A stretch of 64,000 bases of DNA from Malacoraja senta (GCA_038087875.1 CM075995.1:5768001-5832000); one strand, 5' to 3'. Counted from the stretch's first letter, positions 1-12,582 are shown. Numbers and translations are program-made. Notes: a model not told the origin generated them from the letters alone.

Positions 1-156
1 AGATAGAGCTCTAGGGGCTAGTGGAATCAAGGGATATGGGGAGAAGGCAGGCACGGGTTATTGATAGGGGACGATCAGCCATGATCACAATGAATGGCGG
101 TGCTGGATCGAAGGGCCGAATGGCCTTCTCCTTCACCTATTTTCTATGTTTCTATG
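1..156 (+). mobile_element. CR1-clade (HER1-like) LINE 3' end
   Basis: Encodes the end of ORF2 (..DRALGASGIKGYGEKAGTGY*), followed by the 3' UTR shared with other CR1 copies in the window and a (tttctatg)n tail. Confidence 0.85.
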
Positions 157-937
157 TAAAATCAGAGGGGTATGGGCCAAATGCAGCCAAATGGGATTGA
201 CTTAGTTGAGACATCTTGGTCAGCCTGTTTCCTTGTTATATCACTCTATAAATGAAAAATGTACACGACCCTCTCTGCTAAGCAGAAACAAATATTTTGG
301 AGCAGATTTGAATGAAGGGGTTCAAAGGGCTTCCTGCTTTCCACTTACACAGCTGGATGCTTTGGAAAGACAAGCAATTAATTTTCTTTTAAAAGAAGAA
401 ATAACGTAAGAAAATAAATTGCCGAATCTGCTTAATAGGTCATCAAAGGAAGTCCGTAGGCACACAGATATACAACTGTACCAGTGATTACAATGCAAGA
501 GAAGCAGGCTTGAATTGCCCGAGATTAAGTTATTGTAGCATTGGTGTAGATCACTGCTAAAAAACTCCAGGGCTTGGTCAACTAGTGCAGGATCTTCGAA
601 TGTTATAAGATACAAATGCATCCGATCGTGAAGCAAGACTGTTCATATATTTATTGAATGTGAGTTTATTTGTTGAATGTGAGCTTCCATTATAATGGCC
701 CATAGAGCAGAGCTGGAGAACACTTCCCTCAAGATGATCACTTTTCTACTGAGCGACTATGCTTTGAACACTGTGATCTTTCAAATCTGCCACTCTTCAT
801 TTTCTAAGTCACTTTGGAGAAACAAGTAGACTAGAAATAGAAGGCCAAGTTATAAATAGATCATTTTCATCTTTTCCTGTTAACTATTATAATTAATTTT
901 CCCTCGCATCTTCCTTCTCGCGGCCGCCTTCTAAGGA

Positions 938-1128
938 AGCATCGTCTGCATGTACATGAAACGATGTACATGAAGCATGTACATGAAACATGTACATGAA
1001 GCATCGTCTGCATGTACATGAAACACAAAATGCTGGAGTAACTCAGCGGGACTGGCAGCATCTCTGGATAGAAGGAATGGGTGACATTTCGGGTCGAGAT
1101 CCATCTTCACATCCTGTACATGAAACAC
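938..1128 (-). mobile_element. PLE-derived mini-insertion with an adjacent catgtacatgaa tandem array
   Basis: 1025-1110 matches the PLE pseudo-LTR seen elsewhere. tgtacatgaaacac occurs on both sides, and the left side is reiterated about 5 times. Confidence 0.7.
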
Positions 1129-1521
1129 CCCAGAAGTCGAAAATATCACAAGCTATCAATGAGACTCTGATCGCCTGACACACACACATTGACAACAAGC
1201 ATACTCAGGAAAGAAATAATGAGGCATAAAACCACAGTCGTCACAGGATGAATGGATGAATGCAATGGTACAAGGCCAAAAATACAGTGAGAGGACCGGC
1301 AATCTGCTGCCTGATTCTCAGCAGGACACCTTTAAAAAGAAAATAGCTGGCCAACTATTGCAAATTAGTACAATTGTGGCACTCTGTCAAAGCGGACACA
1401 AGCTACATATTTCTTACTGTTTACCGGCAAATGGATGGAAAAATCAACTTATATTTATATAGCAAATCTTACAGATTTAAAATTTCTCAAAAGGCTCTGC
1501 AGACAACAAGTTGTTGTCATT

Positions 1522-1742
1522 ATAGACACAAAATGCTGGAGTAACTCAGTGGGACAGGCAGCATCTCTGGAGAGAAGGAATGGGTGACGTTTCAGATCAA
1601 GACCCTTCTTCAGACTAAAGAAGCGTCTTGATACAAAACGTCACCCATTCCTTCTCTCCAGAGATGCTGCATGTCCCGCTGAGTTACTCCAGCATTTTGT
1701 GTCTATCTTCGGTTTAAACAAGCATCTTCAATTCCTTCCTTC
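1522..1742. mobile_element. Palindromic (inverted dimer) PLE-derived mini-element
   Basis: Two inverted pseudo-LTR copies meeting at ~1614. Direct repeat acaagttgttgtcatt at 1506-1521 and 1743-1758. Confidence 0.85.
1586..1613 (-). ncRNA. Minimal type I hammerhead ribozyme motif (PLE-associated)
   Basis: Minus strand reads CUGAAGA A GGGUC UU GAUCU GAAA CG UC. Confidence 0.55.
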
Positions 1743-3184
1743 ACAAGTTGTTGTCATTGTTTTGATGCAGGTAAATGTGGAACAGACAATTTGTCTCCAG
1801 CAGAACTTTCACCAGCATTTCATAACACTTAAACACTTAAGAGACAATTGGACAGGTACATGAATAGGACACGTTTAGATGGTTATGGGCCAAGGGCAGG
1901 CAGGTGGAACTAATGTAGATGGGGCATGTCGTTCAGCTTGGGCAACTTGGGCCTAAGCGACTGTTTCCAGGCTGTATGGCTCTAACAGTTTTATGATAAA
2001 GAATGAGTAAAACTCCTTTGGCAGTGTTGGCCAAGGTATGACCTCCCAGCCCTTGGCTAAATAGGTCCTAATCAGCAATGCATCATGCGTACATCTGCAA
2101 CTTTTACCTGGGAGCAGGAGTTTGGGAGCACTAACAAGAAGCTTTGTATGCCAGCCCCCAGACAAATCAAAATGCCTGCTTCACCCCCTGTGGAGATGCA
2201 GGCAAACAAATTCTCCCAGCGACCGTCTGTGTTTCCTCTGATTACTCCGGTTTCCTCCCACATCCCAAAGATGTGCGGGTTTGTAGGTTAATTGGCCCTC
2301 TGTAAAATTACCCCTAGTGTGTAGGGAGTGGATGAAAAAATGGGATAACAGAACTAGTGTGAATGGGTGATCAATGCTCAACGTGGACTCGGTGGGCTGA
2401 AGGGCCCGTTTCTGCGTTGTATCTCTAACTGAACAAAAACAATCACCACTCCCGCTTTTCAACCTTTAGTTAGTTTATCGACTTTAAAAGTCTTAGGTTC
2501 CTTATGCAAGGCACTAGGCATTTTCCATTGGCTACCCAAGGTCCTATATTTTATTAGGAAGACTTAATGGTGAATATATACTAACATTACAACCCAGCCT
2601 TATGCTGTAATCACCTGGTCATACGTTCATAAGTTATAGGAGCAGAATTAGGTCATTTGGCCCATCAAGCCTACTCCGCCATTCAATCGTGGCTGATCTA
2701 TTTTTCACTCTCAAACCCATTCTCCTGCTTTCTCCCTGTAACCCATAACCCCTGACATCCTTGCTAATCAAGAAACACCTACACCCACCATCCAGCTGTC
2801 ATCTGGAGACCAAGCAGGACCAAGAGTCAGAGAACTGTGAACCCATGTCAAAGATGAACATAAACAAGAGACATTTATGACAATAGCGTACATTTTTCTA
2901 CCACGTGGAGACAATTCCATGGAACATAAAGAGGGGTCTGGAGAAAATTATGAAGTTATACGGCTGAGCGAATTAAAAGTGAAGTTTATGTAGCCTCTTG
3001 GAGGAGGAGAGTTCGGAAGAAATGCAGAGAGGACTGGAGAATACAGGGCCCAGTCATCAAATAACATTGCCGCCTAAGATGGAGCCATGGGAAGAGGCCA
3101 TGAACGAGGTTTGGAACATTCTATAGGTTATGCAGACAGCTGCCTTTCTCATGTTACAGCCCTGTTACTTCAACAACCTTTTAC

Positions 3185-3475
3185 ATAGAAACATAGAAAA
3201 TAGGTGCAGGAGTAGGCCATTCGGCCCTTTGAGCCAGCACCGCCATTCAATATGATCGTGGCTGATCATCCAGAATCAGTACCCTGTACCTGCTTTCTCC
3301 CCATATCCCTTGATTCCATTAGCCCTAAGAGCTCTATCCAACTCTCTCTCAAACATACCCAGTGAATTGGCCTCCACTGCCTTCTGTGGCAGAGAATTCC
3401 ACAGATTCACAACTCTCCGGCTGAAAAAGTTCTTCCTCATCTCAGTCATACATGGCCTACACCTTATACTTATTC
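3185..3475 (-). mobile_element. CR1 LINE 3' fragment
   Basis: ORF 3276-3482 matches the CR1 ORF2 C-terminus (RVVNLWNSLP..GYGEKAGTGY). (catagaaa)n tail. Confidence 0.85.
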
Positions 3476-3857
3476 TTTTCAAGCTTTCCTACTTGAAAAT
3501 TCATTATTGACAACAACTGCAAAATAATTACTGGTGTATTCCAAATGATAAATCAGGCACCAGAGAGATGAGTTGCAAGCTTGTGCCAAGATGGTGGTAG
3601 AATCAAACTTAATAATCCAGCCTTGGAAAAAAAGTGAGAAGCCAACATTTTTTTCATTACCTGTCCACCATCTTAGTTGGAGGAATGCATGTAGTCAAAA
3701 TGGTAAGAGAAAGCTGCATGAATACCAACACAAAGAAAGAGGAGAAATACTATTCATTTTCTTTGAGGAAAGGAAGGGATGAGCGTGTAGTCAATGCAAA
3801 ACACATTGCAACTCAGGCAAAAATGTTTTCAGAACCTGCATGACCACCTCAATGTTG

Positions 3858-4062
3858 GGGCTCATGTTGTCGACCTCCCCGTGGTGAGCCCTGTCAACTG
3901 ACCTCAGTCAGGCGAACGACAACAAACAGAGACAGCAGCAGCGCCGCAGCTTGGCACCATCCTGGAGCATGCGCCCTTTTTAGGGCGGGCACCTACGGAT
4001 GTCGAACCGGATGGCATCACCCTGCCCAAGACTTCTGCTGCCTCAAACGCAAGAAGAAGAAG
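3858..4062 (+). mobile_element. Short retroposed element with (GAA)n tail
   Basis: Ends acgcaagaagaagaag. 12-bp TSD acctcaatgttg at 3846-3857 and 4063-4074. Confidence 0.7.
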
Positions 4063-5841
4063 ACCTCAATGTTGAATGAAAAGCTGTAGAGAGCCCCTTC
4101 AATAACGTTAATCTTCCCTGAACTCACATGCCCTCCTTAATGACAGTTCAGCTTAGCTATTATCACTCCCCTTCCATAAGTTGTGATTGGAATGACACCA
4201 AACTCTTTGAGACTAGTTATAAATTCTACTTCCTGGATCAGTTCCAGACAGTTGGAAAACTACTCAACATTCCAATATCTAAAACAAAAGGCCTACTCAC
4301 ACACCACAGCACTGTTCACACAACCAAATAGCAGCTCTTCTCCCATTGTTCTCTTCAGAGAGTGCCATTCCTGTTTGTTACTCAGCAGGCATTGAGTGCA
4401 AAATCAATACAGGTTACAAGGGGTTAAAACTAGCTCCAGCCCTGCCTCCACAACAGAGCAACGCTAGCTCCCACACCATTTCCTACACCAGCCTGAGTGT
4501 GAACAGTGCAGCGAGCATGCACTTGGCAGACCAGAAATGGGTCCAACTTTACAGGCTGGTTTGAAAGCAAAGAAGGTGCCTCCCCACCCCCCCAAAAAAA
4601 GACACAGCTGGTTGTTTCATTACCCCAAAAGTCTATTGTACAGTAATTCTTAGAACCGAGTAACAAAATTCAAAAGTGTAGCAAACAAACATCAATCACA
4701 TCGACAGATGCTGGACTATAAAAAATGCTGGGGTGACTCAGCGGATCAGACACCATCATGGAGAACATGGATAGGTGACCCCCTCCTCAAATCTGACCCG
4801 CTGAGTTACTTTAGCACTTTGTTGTCTTTTTTTAAAAATCAATCTCGTCTCCTTATATACTGCCCAGAAATTTCCAGGCACGATCAAGGATATGACTGCT
4901 AGCCAAAAGATGCTGCATGTATTTGAACCAAATTGCAGGTTTTAACTTGGGCAAGTTGCTTTACACCAAGGACCAGTACCAACATGCTGCCCTGCACCTG
5001 TTAAGAGTAAAGCTCTTGTACACATTCAAAACAGATTCACCACTCAGTATCACCTGCAGACAATATCTCCAATCATTTTTGTTTTATTCAAGAGTTTCTT
5101 ATTTAATTGTCATCTGCACCGGGAACGGAACAATTAAATTTTTACTTGCTGCAGCTTAACAGGCCTTTAATACAATAGCACAACAAATAAATATACAATA
5201 ATCAATAATGCAATAAATTATTAATGATACTAGGTATTACGTAACCAGTCTTAAACCGAAGTACGTAGATCAAATAGAACAAAGTCCGCAGTACATAGTT
5301 GCTGATATTGTGCTTAGGCTTGTGTAGTGTGGTTAAGGATCCCAATGGTTGATGGGAAGCAGCTCCAACCTGGAGGTCACTCTTCTCAGGCTCCTGAACC
5401 TTCTTCTTGATGGCAGCAGCAAGCTGAGTGCATGGCCACATTGGTAGGGTCTTTGATGATATTGGCTGTGTTTTTGAGGCACCCCCTCTGGTAGATTGCT
5501 ACGGTGGTGTGATCACGTTCCTAGGTGTTGGAGGTACCAAAGATAGACACAAAGTGCTGGAGTAACTCAGTGGGTCACGCAGCATCTCCAGAGAAAAGGA
5601 ATGGATGACTTTTCAGGGCAAAACCCTACAGTCCCAGTCAGAAGGGTTCCAACCCAAAACGTCACCCATCCTTTTCCTCCAGAGATGTTGCCTGAACCGC
5701 TGAGTTACTCCAGTACTTTGTGTCTATCTTCGGTATAAACCAGCATTTGCAGTTCCACCCTGCACATTTTGTATGAGTTACCAAACCAGGTCACGATGCA
5801 ATCAGTGAGTATGCTCTCTACTGTATAAATGTAGAAGTTCA

Positions 5842-5973
5842 TGTGTAGGAAGGAACTGCAGATGATGGTTTTATACCGCAGATAGACACAAAATGCTGGA
5901 GTAACACAGTGGGACAGGCAGCATCTCTGGAGAGAAGGAATAGGTGACGTTTCGGATCGAGACCCGTCTTCAG
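5842..5973 (-). mobile_element. PLE-derived mini-element inserted in the Rex LINE
   Basis: Pseudo-LTR sequence with 14-bp TSD aatgtagaagttca at 5828-5841 and 5974-5987. Confidence 0.85.
5946..5973 (-). ncRNA. Minimal type I hammerhead ribozyme motif
   Basis: CUGAAGA C GGGUC UC GAUCC GAAA CG UC. Confidence 0.6.
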
Positions 5974-7819
5974 AATGTAGAAGTTCAATTGAGTATTCAG
6001 CAACATGCCGAATGTTCTCAATCTTCAAAGGAAGTAGATACATTCATTGCCAAGCTTTCTTTGTGATTGCATCAACTTACAGAGCCCAGGACAGATCTTC
6101 AGATATTTGCAAGCCCAGGAAATTGAAGCTGTTGACTCTCTCCATGATCGTCCATTGATGAAGACAGGTTCATGGATCCTCAGCTTTCCCCTCCTTAAGT
6201 CAACAGTCAGTTCCTTGGTCTCGCTAACATTGAGAGCAAGATTGTTGTTCTGGCACCAGATATTCAATCTCCCATCTGCACACTGTCTCACCGTTATCCA
6301 TTTTACGTCCAACAACTGTGGGATCATCGGCGAATTTATACTTGACGTTGGAGCTGTGTCTGACTAGGCAGTCATGGATATAGAGAGAGTAGAGTAGGGG
6401 AATGAGCACACAACTTTGAGCTATCCCTATGTTGATGGTCATTGAGGAGAAAGTGTTGTTGCCAATTCGCAATGATTGAGGCCTACTGATGAAAGAGTGG
6501 GGGTTTCAATTGAATTGGGTCGAGCAGGGACGAGAGGGGATGAGGTTGAACCATGAGCTGCACACAATGAGCAACAGCCTGATGTATGTGTTCACATTGT
6601 CCAAGTGGTCTGGTACAGAGTGGAGACCCAGCGAGATCGCGTCTGCTGTTGATTTGCTGTGGCAGCTGGCAAATTGTAGATTCTAGGTCCTTACTAAGGC
6701 AGGAGTTGGTAAGCGTCACAACCAAACTCTCAAGCACTTAATCAGAACGGACATGAACGCCACCGGGCAGTAGTCATTGAGGCATGTCACCTTGCTCTTC
6801 TTGGGCCCTGGTATTATGGATGTCCTTGTAAAGCAGGTGGGGACCTCGGACTGTCATAGTGAGAGTTTGACGATGTCCACAAAAGTTGTAACCAGTTGGT
6901 CCATGCACATTCATGAATTCCAGGTGTAGAATTAGGCCATTCGGCCCATCGAGTCTACTCTGCCATTCAATCATGGCTGATCTATCTTCCCCTCTCAACC
7001 CCATTCTCCTGCCGTCCCCCCACGTGTTAAGAATGCGGCTGGTTACATCATCGGGGCAGGCGTTTGCCAGGGGTTCACCTTTGTGAAGGATTGTCCGACA
7101 TTGGCCTTGGAGACTGAGATCACAGCGTCTTCAGGGTTTGGGGAAGGCCGAGGAGATTAATCGATGTTCTCCCTTTCAAAGCGAGCGTAGAAAGCATTGA
7201 ACACGTCTGGACGTGATGCATCGCTCTCACTCCAGCTACTTGGATTCATCTTATAGGAAGAAAGGGTGTGCAAGCCCTGCCACAGCTGCAGAAAGTCTGT
7301 CTCATCATCTAAAGGAAAAGTGTCTCTTTGCTTTCTCAATGGCCTTCTTGAGTTTGTACCTGGACTTCTTATGGTAGCCTGTAATGCCCAACTCATTCAT
7401 AGGATGTAGACTTGTATTTACTGCCTATACTTTTGGCACAGGAGAGCAGACCTTTTGATACCATCGGGTACCTGGCAAGTGCAATTCAGACAGCAAGTGG
7501 GAGTCACTACGTTGGGATGGGACTGGTTCCACATTTAGTCCAGACTATGCAGGCCTGACACATTTCCTTCCCTAGAGGTTAACAGGACATTGGCTGGGTT
7601 TTAAAAGAGGTATTTTTTAGATACCAGCTATTAATTTCCAGAATATCTCTTTCTTTAAACTGAATTAATATTCTGAAGTTGCCATGATGGAGCTTGCATC
7701 CACAAGTTTTTAAATCTCATAATACATTCATGTCATATGCTGGTGTATTGCTATGGAGTATCCTAGGTTTTAGCTTGAATGGCAGTAACAGTGGAATTTA
7801 AATAAAGTGAAACTGAAGT

Positions 7820-8082
7820 AGCGGCACAGTGGCACCGCCGTAGAGTTGCTGCCTTACAGCACCAGAGACCCGGGTGCTGTCTATACGGAGTTTGTACGTT
7901 CTCCCTGTGACCGCAGGGGTTTTCACTGGGTATTCTGGTTTCCTCCCACACTCCAAAAAGGTTAATTGGCTTTGGTAAAATTTGTAAATTGTCCCTAGTG
8001 CATAGGATAGAGCAAGTCGCTGGCCGGTGTGGACTCAGTGGACCGAAGGACCTGTTTCCACACTGTATCTGTAAACTAAACT
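7820..8082 (+). mobile_element. tRNA-derived V-SINE (HE1-like)
   Basis: Head gcggcacagtggc..gtagagttgctgccttacagc, V-domain-like body (ggagtttgtacgttctccc), CR1-like 3' end with aactaa tail. Confidence 0.75.
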
Positions 8083-8764
8083 AGCTAAAGTTATTAGCTG
8101 CCAGACCTGCCCCTTGCACAAAGCATAGATAATTCAGATGCTCTCACCAAAGAATGCATCAAAGAATGAGCTTGGATTCATGAATTGCCTTTCAGGACCT
8201 TACAAAACCCAGTGCTATAGACCCTATAAAGCATCTTTGAAGTTTATCCACTGTTGTAAAATGGTACAGCTGGCAATCAAAGTGCAATGCAGATCATTTG
8301 CAGTAATGAGATCACCACCACATCAACTTCATTACTGCCAGTGATTAGGATATAAGATCTCTGCTGCTCTGTGAAATATAGGGTATCCTGCAAGAGTACA
8401 CAGGGCCTCTCTTTAACTTCTCATCATAAAGACATGAATAAAGTGCCAAGCAATGACCATGGAACTAGTGGTCGACAATCTGCTGAGGCAAACGCATTCC
8501 CTTCACATTCCCTGTTGACATAGAACACAAAACAGGAACAGGCCCTTCCGCCCACAACGTCTGTGCCGAACATACTGCCAAGATAAATCACATCTGCCTG
8601 CACGTGATCATAACCCTCCATTCCCTGCAAATCCGCCTATCCAAAAGCCTCTTAAAGCTACTAAAAAAAAAACAGCTTTAACTTCTGCAACAGATCTGGC
8701 AATGTGAAATTGCCAAAGACAGGATCGAAAACAGTGACTTCATATAATGCAGTCACTTGGGAGG

Positions 8765-9180
8765 GGTTGAGCCGGTTACAACTTTATTCCTTGGAGCGCA
8801 GGAGGATGAGGGGTGATCTTACAGAGTGTACAAAATCATGAGAGGAATATATAGAGTAAATGCACAGAGTCTTTTACACAGAGTAGGAGAATCAAGAACC
8901 GGGGACATAGGTTTAAGGTAAAGGGGGAATGATTTAATAGGAACCTGAGGGTTACCATTTTTTTTACACAAAGGATGGTGGGTATATGGAATGAGCTGCC
9001 GAAGGAGGTAGTTGAGGCAGGTACTATCATAACGTTTAAGAGACATTTGGACAGGTACATGGATAGATAGGTTTAGAGAGTTATGGGCCAAGTGCAGGCT
9101 GGTGGGACTCGTGTATTTGGGAAATCTTGGTTGGCGTGGGCAAATTAGGCCACAGTTTCCACACTGTATGACTCTATGAT
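8765..9180 (+). mobile_element. CR1 LINE 3' fragment
   Basis: ttggagcgcaggaggatgaggggtgatctt.. (LERRRMRGDL), ending in an actctatg tail. Confidence 0.75.
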
Positions 9181-9389
9181 GTGGCAGCTGTACCAATGAA
9201 ACAGAGTGGAACAGAAGAAAAAACTCACTTATGACAACAACTTCATCCACAGCTCTGCCAGCTGTCAGAGTGTATAAATTCTAAATATCTCTTGACACTC
9301 AGGAACATCCAAAATCTATCAAAAATTCGATTAAAATCAAAATAACGTGAAAATTAATTACATACATCATTCATGTTTGTTTTATAGGG

Positions 9390-9700
9390 CAGCAGGGTGG
9401 TACACAGTGGTGGAATTGCTGCCTTACAGCACCAGAGACCAGGGTTCGATATTGACCATGGGTGCTCCCTGTACGGAGTTTGTAGGTTCTGCTTGTGACG
9501 GTGTGGGTTTTCCCCAGGGTGTTCCAGTTTCCTCCCACACTCCAATGATGTACAGGTTAGTAGGTTAATTGGCTTTGGTAAAAAATTGTAAATTGTCCCT
9601 AGGATGTAGGATAGTTCTAGTGTATGGGGATCGCTGGTCGGCACACACTCAGTGGGCCGAAGGGCTTGTTTCCACGCCGAATCGCTAAAACTAAACTAAA
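9390..9700 (+). mobile_element. V-SINE (HE1-like)
   Basis: B-box-like ggttcgatat, the same body as the other copies, and a ctaaa tail. Confidence 0.75.
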
Positions 9701-9820
9701 ACTTAACATTTTTAATCAAAAGGTTACCTGAAACTTATTATCCTTAGAACAAGTTTACTCCATTCAAACGATAGTAATCTAACCTGGTGCAAATCCACCT
9801 AGCAGATTCCCCAGCCTAAA

Positions 9821-9913
9821 GGTAGACAAAAAATGCTGGAGAAACTCAGCGGGTGAGGCAGCATCTATGGAGAGAAGGAATTGGCGACGTTTCGGGTCGA
9901 GACCCTTCTTCAG
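9821..9913 (-). mobile_element. PLE-derived mini-element
   Basis: Flanked by cagatt(c/t)-type duplication: cagattccccagcctaaa at 9803-9820 and cagattctccagcctaaa at 9911-9928. Confidence 0.85.
9886..9913 (-). ncRNA. Minimal type I hammerhead ribozyme motif
   Basis: CUGAAGA A GGGUC UC GACCC GAAA CG UC, with a perfect stem II. Confidence 0.65.
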
Positions 9914-10089
9914 ATTCTCCAGCCTAAACGTTGATGAAACCATGCTTTTCACCAGACTACACGAGGAATTCAACGTAAGCCGAAACCAGTGTAAACCAGC
10001 TGATGCTAACTGGTGTATTCATGTAGAAGTTCCAAACCGGCTGACATTTACCTATAAACTCAGTCCGCCACTGGAGGTCACATATATCT

Positions 10090-10214
10090 GAGGAAGGGTG
10101 TCGACCCAAATCGTCACCCATTCGTTCTCTCCAGAGACGCTGCCTGTCCCGATGAGCTGCTCCAGCTTTTTGTGCCTATCTTCGGTTTAAACCAGCATCT
10201 GCAGTTCCTTCCTA
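10090..10214 (+). mobile_element. PLE-derived mini-element (degenerate hammerhead)
   Basis: TSD cacatatatct at 10079-10089 and 10215-10225. Confidence 0.8.
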
Positions 10215-10277
10215 CACATATATCTCATCTTTGGTTACAGGCCTCAGGAGTAAAGAGGAGTGGGGAAAAAAAGTGTA

Positions 10278-10570
10278 TGGTGTAGCGGTAGAGTTGCTGC
10301 CTTACAAGCCTCAGATCATGTTGTCATCAGTGAGTTCGATCCTGTCCTCGGACTCTGTCTGTGCAGAGTTTGCACGTTCTCCCTGTGACCGTGTGGGCTT
10401 CCTCCAGGTGCTCCAGTTTACTCCCACATTCCGTGTAGGTTCGTGTGTTAATTTGTTTCTGCAAATTGTCTAGAACTATCCTACACACGATGGTGATCAT
10501 TGGTTGCCATGGACTCGGTGGGCCAAAGGGCCTCTGCCCACGCTGCATCTCTAAAAATAAAAATAAAAAC
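10278..10570 (+). mobile_element. V-SINE (HE1-like)
   Basis: tggtgtagcggtagagttgctgcc head and agttcgatcc B-box. Confidence 0.7.
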
Positions 10571-11684
10571 TAAAAAAAATCCCAAAGTAACTCCTTATCT
10601 TAAATGACCTGAATAAAAATGTAGGCCAAAAGAAACTTCTCAATTTCATAATTCCCATCTTCAATTTCCTGCGTGCTCATCTCTGTGTCCCTCCTTTTCT
10701 GGCCTTGAACCGCCCTAATTTGTATCACCCATGCCCTTCCAGCCACTAAGATCCCCGTCTCCTTCCTTAATCTCAGCCTCTACACTCTATATTGCTCCTT
10801 AGACCAGGAACAATTCATTTCTGACATTAATCAAATTCTTGTAAATCCCCTTGGGACTTTTTACCACATTAAAAGCTTTTAGATTTTTTTATGGCAATCC
10901 CTCAGGATTGTCAATGATTTGCCTTCATTCAGGTTTTGTACCTCAGGATAGTGGTTGTGGTGGGAGGCAGATACAATAGTGGTGTTTAAGAGGCTTTTAT
11001 ATAGACACATGAATATGCAGGGTATAGAGGGATATGGATCATGTGCAGATGAGATTAGTTTATCTTGGCATCATGTTCGGCAGAGACGTGGTGAGAATGG
11101 CCTGCTTCTGTACTGGCCACACATGCCAATAGGCTGGATGGGTACACCAGTTTCACTCATCGGCTTAAGCAGGGCCCTTGTGCATTCCCACTGCATTCTC
11201 AATACTATCCCAAATGGTTCTACTCCACGATGTGATCATGGGCCAGAGGTTTCCAGGAATAAGCACAGATGCTGTATTTCTCAAAGGAGGCGTTAAGATC
11301 ATCCTCAAATCTTTCATTTATCTGGTAATCTCTACCCATGACACAATTTAGAATAAGCAGTGCATTTTTTTGGAAATCTTGTTTTGGACATGTGAACAAT
11401 GTGATCGGTGAAATTTAGGGAGATTCACCCATCCCCAATCCTTCTGGCAATACCACCCTAAAGCCCTTTACAACTTATACAGCACATCTGAAGTGTAGCC
11501 ATTGCTGTATTACAGGAAGTGATGCAGCCAATTTACACCTTAAGAACCATAATAAAGACACAGAGTGCTGGAGTTCCTCAGCGGATCAGGCAACACATCT
11601 TTGGAGAACATGGATAGATGATGAAACGTCACCTATCCATGCTCTCCAGAGATGCTGCCTGACCTGCTGAGTTACTCCAGCAGT

Positions 11685-11813
11685 GGGGGGGAAGATTGCA
11701 ACCTTCACATGTTTCGACGAATGCAATCAACCTGGTGTGCACAATCAAACAAGATCAAATAGAACAAGTTGTCCTACAACTTTAGGCTGTGCACGCCATA
11801 CGCAAGAAGAAGA
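11685..11813 (+). mobile_element. Short SINE-like element with (GAA)n tail, inserted in a PLE mini-element
   Basis: Ends atacgcaagaagaaga. TSD tactc(c/t)agcagt at 11673-11684 and 11814-11825. Confidence 0.7.
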
Positions 11814-11865
11814 TACTCTAGCAGTTTGTGCCTTTTTTGGTAAATCAGAATCTGCAATTCCTGGT

Positions 11866-12158
11866 TCAGTTTAGTTTGAGATACAGCGTGGAAACACCCC
11901 CTTCGGCCTATCGAGTTAGCACCGACAAGCGACCAACCATACACTTGTTCTATCCTACACACTCGGGACAATTTTTGCAGGAGCCAATTAACCTTCAAAC
12001 TTGCACATCTTTGGAATGTGGGAGGAAACTAGAGCACCTGGAGAAAACCCACGTGGTCATAGGGAGAACATACAAACTCCAAACAGACAGCACCCGTTGT
12101 CAGAATCAAACCCAGGTCTCTGGCATTGTAAGGCAGCAGCTCTACCACTACACCACTG
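11866..12158 (-). mobile_element. V-SINE (HE1-like)
   Basis: Reverse complement of the V-SINE consensus seen at 7820, 9390 and 30810. Confidence 0.75.
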
Positions 12159-12400
12159 CTGATAATTTTCATTCTAAAATAATGAACCAATCACTTCTTC
12201 CCGTCCTATTGAACATGCAAGAATTATGGACTAGGTCACCAGCATTTTAAAGCGTGCCACAGGATCAGTTTAAATAAAAATACAGGATGACCTTTGTTTA
12301 TTGTGGCCTTTGGACAACACCATCCACATTTTTTATACTAAGCCAAACGTTGCCAATATGCTAGGCCAGGACAAGGGCCATAGAACATACAACAGTGCAG

Positions 12401-12582
12401 AAGATAGACACAAAAAGCTGGAGTAACTCAGAGGGACAGGCAGCATCTCTGGAGAGAAGGAATGGGTGACGGTTCCGGTCGAGAAACATCCCCCTTTCCA
12501 CAGATACTGCCTATCCCACAGAGTTACTCCAGCTTTTTGTGTCTATCTTCGGTTTAAACCAGCATCTGCAGTTCCTTCATAT
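12401..12582. mobile_element. Palindromic PLE-derived mini-element
   Basis: Inverted pseudo-LTR halves. TSD acatacaacagt(g/a)cag at 12385-12400 and 12583-12598. Confidence 0.8.

Larger units (their letters stand above)
5085..7270 (-). mobile_element. Decayed Rex/Babar-type LINE with nested insertions
   Basis: ORF fragments GIAQSCVLIPLLYSLYIHDC..KFADDPTVVG, WCQNNNLALNVSETKELTVDLR and NAFYARFE resemble the ORF at 38733-39569. Confidence 0.8.

Noticed and set aside
322..636. 104-aa minus-strand ORF in non-repetitive DNA
   Set aside because: Non-ATG start, no recognisable family, and no convincing splice signals.
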